Positions 62,651 to 64,000 of a stretch of DNA of 64,000 bases are shown piece after piece. The translations under genes and the position numbers were made by a program. How positions within the stretch are numbered: position 1 is the first letter of the stretch; each line of letters begins with the position of its first letter. The notes beneath the pieces are model-generated. The model saw only the letters and a list, made by a program, of their open reading frames with translations, did not search any database and had not been told where the DNA came from. Origin of the DNA: Clostridia bacterium. GTDB lineage: Bacteria; Bacillota; Clostridia; TANB77; CAG-508. The stretch lies in NCBI GenBank assembly GCA_017511265.1, contig JAFWKV010000001.1, positions 553 to 64,552 on the forward strand. The letters are read 5' to 3'.

Positions 62651-63021
62651 TCCTCTATCTTCTTCCGACATTTGTTACACCCCTCTCCTATTTTATTTGT
62701 TGCTTCTAAATATTCTATTTCTTTCATTGATTGTCCTGGACAGTATGGGCTTACTAGTTCTGGATAGATTGTTCCCATTTTTAGGCCTATATTTGGTTTG
62801 AATGTTTTATCCATATATTGGATTGGTACATAGCTTTGACCTAACATAGGGGTTTGTGGGAATACGTTTTCTTCTTCTCCAAATCCACATTCGCATTCGT
62901 CGTCATAGTCTGGACATTGACAGTATTCGTGTTGACATGCTTCTTCTAGCTTTTCTTTTTCGCATTTGTTGTCTTGGTTGTTGTTCATACAGCAATATCT
63001 TCTTATTCTACGATTGTACAT
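62647..63021 (-). CDS. cotJA: Spore coat-associated protein CotJA
   Basis: LGQSYVPIQYMDKTFKPNIGLKMGTIYPELVSPY matches the CotJA core motif. It lies upstream of cotJB. Confidence 0.8.
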   Translation of the reverse strand: MYNRRIRRYCCMNNNQDNKCEKEKLEEACQHEYCQCPDYDDECECGFGEEENVFPQTPMLGQSYVPIQYMDKTFKPNIGLKMGTIYPELVSPYCPGQSMKEIEYLEATNKIGEGCNKCRKKIEE

Positions 63022-63070
63022 TTTTTTTCCTCCTTTTCGTTTATATTACATAATATGAAAAAGAGTGAAA

Positions 63071-63304
63071 AAAAGTGATGCCTTAGCTGTCTTTTGGGAC
63101 GGTGTTGTCAATGGGGAAGGAGCTGTCAATGGGGACGTGCTTAAATGAAAACGTGTCAATGGGGACGGGTTTAAATGACACACATTAAAAATGTGTGTCA
63201 TTTAAGCCCGTCCCCATTGACACGTTTTCATTTAAGCACGTCCCCATTGACAGCTCCTTCCCCATTGACAACACCGTCCCAAAAGACAGCTAAGGCATCA
63301 CTTT
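63071..63304. repeat. 234-bp near-perfect palindrome with three TGTCAATGGGGA(A/C)G modules per arm
   Basis: The ~115-bp arms differ at one position, and the centre is CACATTAAAAATGTG. The outer shell reuses GTGATGCC and CTGTCTTTTGGGACGG words seen elsewhere. Confidence 0.9.
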
Positions 63305-63340
63305 TCCTTAAGTTATTATTCTCTGATATAATTTCTCTTT

Positions 63341-64000
63341 TTATTGATTTAACCCATAAATAAGTTTCGTGTTATAATAATTAGAATTTTTTTCTAATTC
63401 ATTTTTTACATAATTCAGACCATATTTTCCAATAAGTGTTTTTTCATTTGAAAATAAATTAGTTCCTAACCCTAATTTGTTTCCCTCTATCTTTACACCA
63501 AGACTTGCAAGTGTTGTAGGAAACATATCCATTGTTGAACCATATTTATATTTAGTATTTTCAGGAAAAACCGCAGGATTTATAATTATGTCTACTACAG
63601 TTCTTTCATAACCACTATCTCTTATTTCATTAAAAGTTTCAGGTTGCATACTTGTATGGTCACCACATATTATTATTGTTGTATTATCATAAAATTCCTG
63701 TTCCTGTATCCATTCAACAAACTGTTTAATCTTTTTAGACGAACAATTCAGTACATTAAAATACTGTTCTTCAAATTCTTCATCACATTCTTCACATTTA
63801 AATCCATCTGGGGCATGTGTATCAGCTGTTAGCATAGTAAAATTAAATGGCATTTCTTGTTCAGACATCAACATAATTTTTTCTTTTGCATATTCAAATA
63901 GGTCACTATCTGGAAATCCCCACCATACAAAGTCTCCAGCATCTTTTTTTTCTTCTTTTACAGCTTGATTAAAATCAAATATTTGGTAATTTCCATGTTC
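63341..64000 (-). CDS. LTA-synthase/sulfatase-family protein, C-terminal part (5' end beyond the window)
   Basis: ICGDHTS and GLGTNLFS are typical of the LtaS extracellular domain. The frame stays open upstream of the listed Met to position 64000 (...DFVWWGFPDSDLFEYAKEKIMLMSEQE). Confidence 0.8.
   Translation of the reverse strand, partial: EHGNYQIFDFNQAVKEEKKDAGDFVWWGFPDSDLFEYAKEKIMLMSEQEMPFNFTMLTADTHAPDGFKCEECDEEFEEQYFNVLNCSSKKIKQFVEWIQEQEFYDNTTIIICGDHTSMQPETFNEIRDSGYERTVVDIIINPAVFPENTKYKYGSTMDMFPTTLASLGVKIEGNKLGLGTNLFSNEKTLIGKYGLNYVKNELEKNSNYYNTKLIYGLNQ

Noticed and set aside
63071-63304. Possible CRISPR array, because TGTCAATGGGGACG recurs at short intervals.
   Set aside because: The units are only about 14 nt long with irregular spacing. 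The whole locus is a perfect inverted duplication, and no cas genes are present. This is not CRISPR architecture.

Overview
This is a 64-kb chromosomal segment of a very AT-rich Firmicute (below about 30% G+C by eye). Gene content and synteny look Clostridia-like and spore-forming: stp-prkC-rsgA-rpe, der-plsY-gpsA, miaB-mutS, pta-ackA-ackA, cotJABC and dpaB. I call about 55 protein genes, nearly all on the minus strand, plus RNase P RNA and one tRNA-Thr. There are two very large surface proteins. One is a partial Cna-B-type adhesin at 1..4034. The other is a 2368-aa protein combining a pilin-like signal, Listeria-Bacteroides repeats, BspA/DUF285 leucine-rich repeats and beta-helix modules. Main observations: (1) cotJB is interrupted by a 4.9-kb element carrying a large serine recombinase, a MacB-type ABC transporter and a membrane protein. 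Joining the two GGCCA junctions rebuilds an in-frame cotJB with the conserved PWPWE-type end abutting cotJC. This resembles the skin-type sporulation intervening elements, in a gene where I know of no characterised case. (2) There is an unusually dense family of modular, nested, near-perfect palindromes built from TTTTGGGACGGGGC, CTTGGGGACGGAGG and TGTCAATGGGGACG modules. They sit exactly at stop codons and sometimes donate the last codons of genes. (3) A pair of ~180-bp MITE-like elements flanks a zinc-ribbon gene. (4) Three toxin-antitoxin-like modules are present: a frameshifted relE with its antitoxin, a zeta-like toxin wedged between miaB and mutS, and a par/Fst-like small-ORF locus. (5) Four conserved genes (cls, relE, rsgA, cotJC) carry single-nucleotide frameshifts, which are either real decay or assembly indels. 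I saw no CRISPR array, rRNA or phage structural genes.
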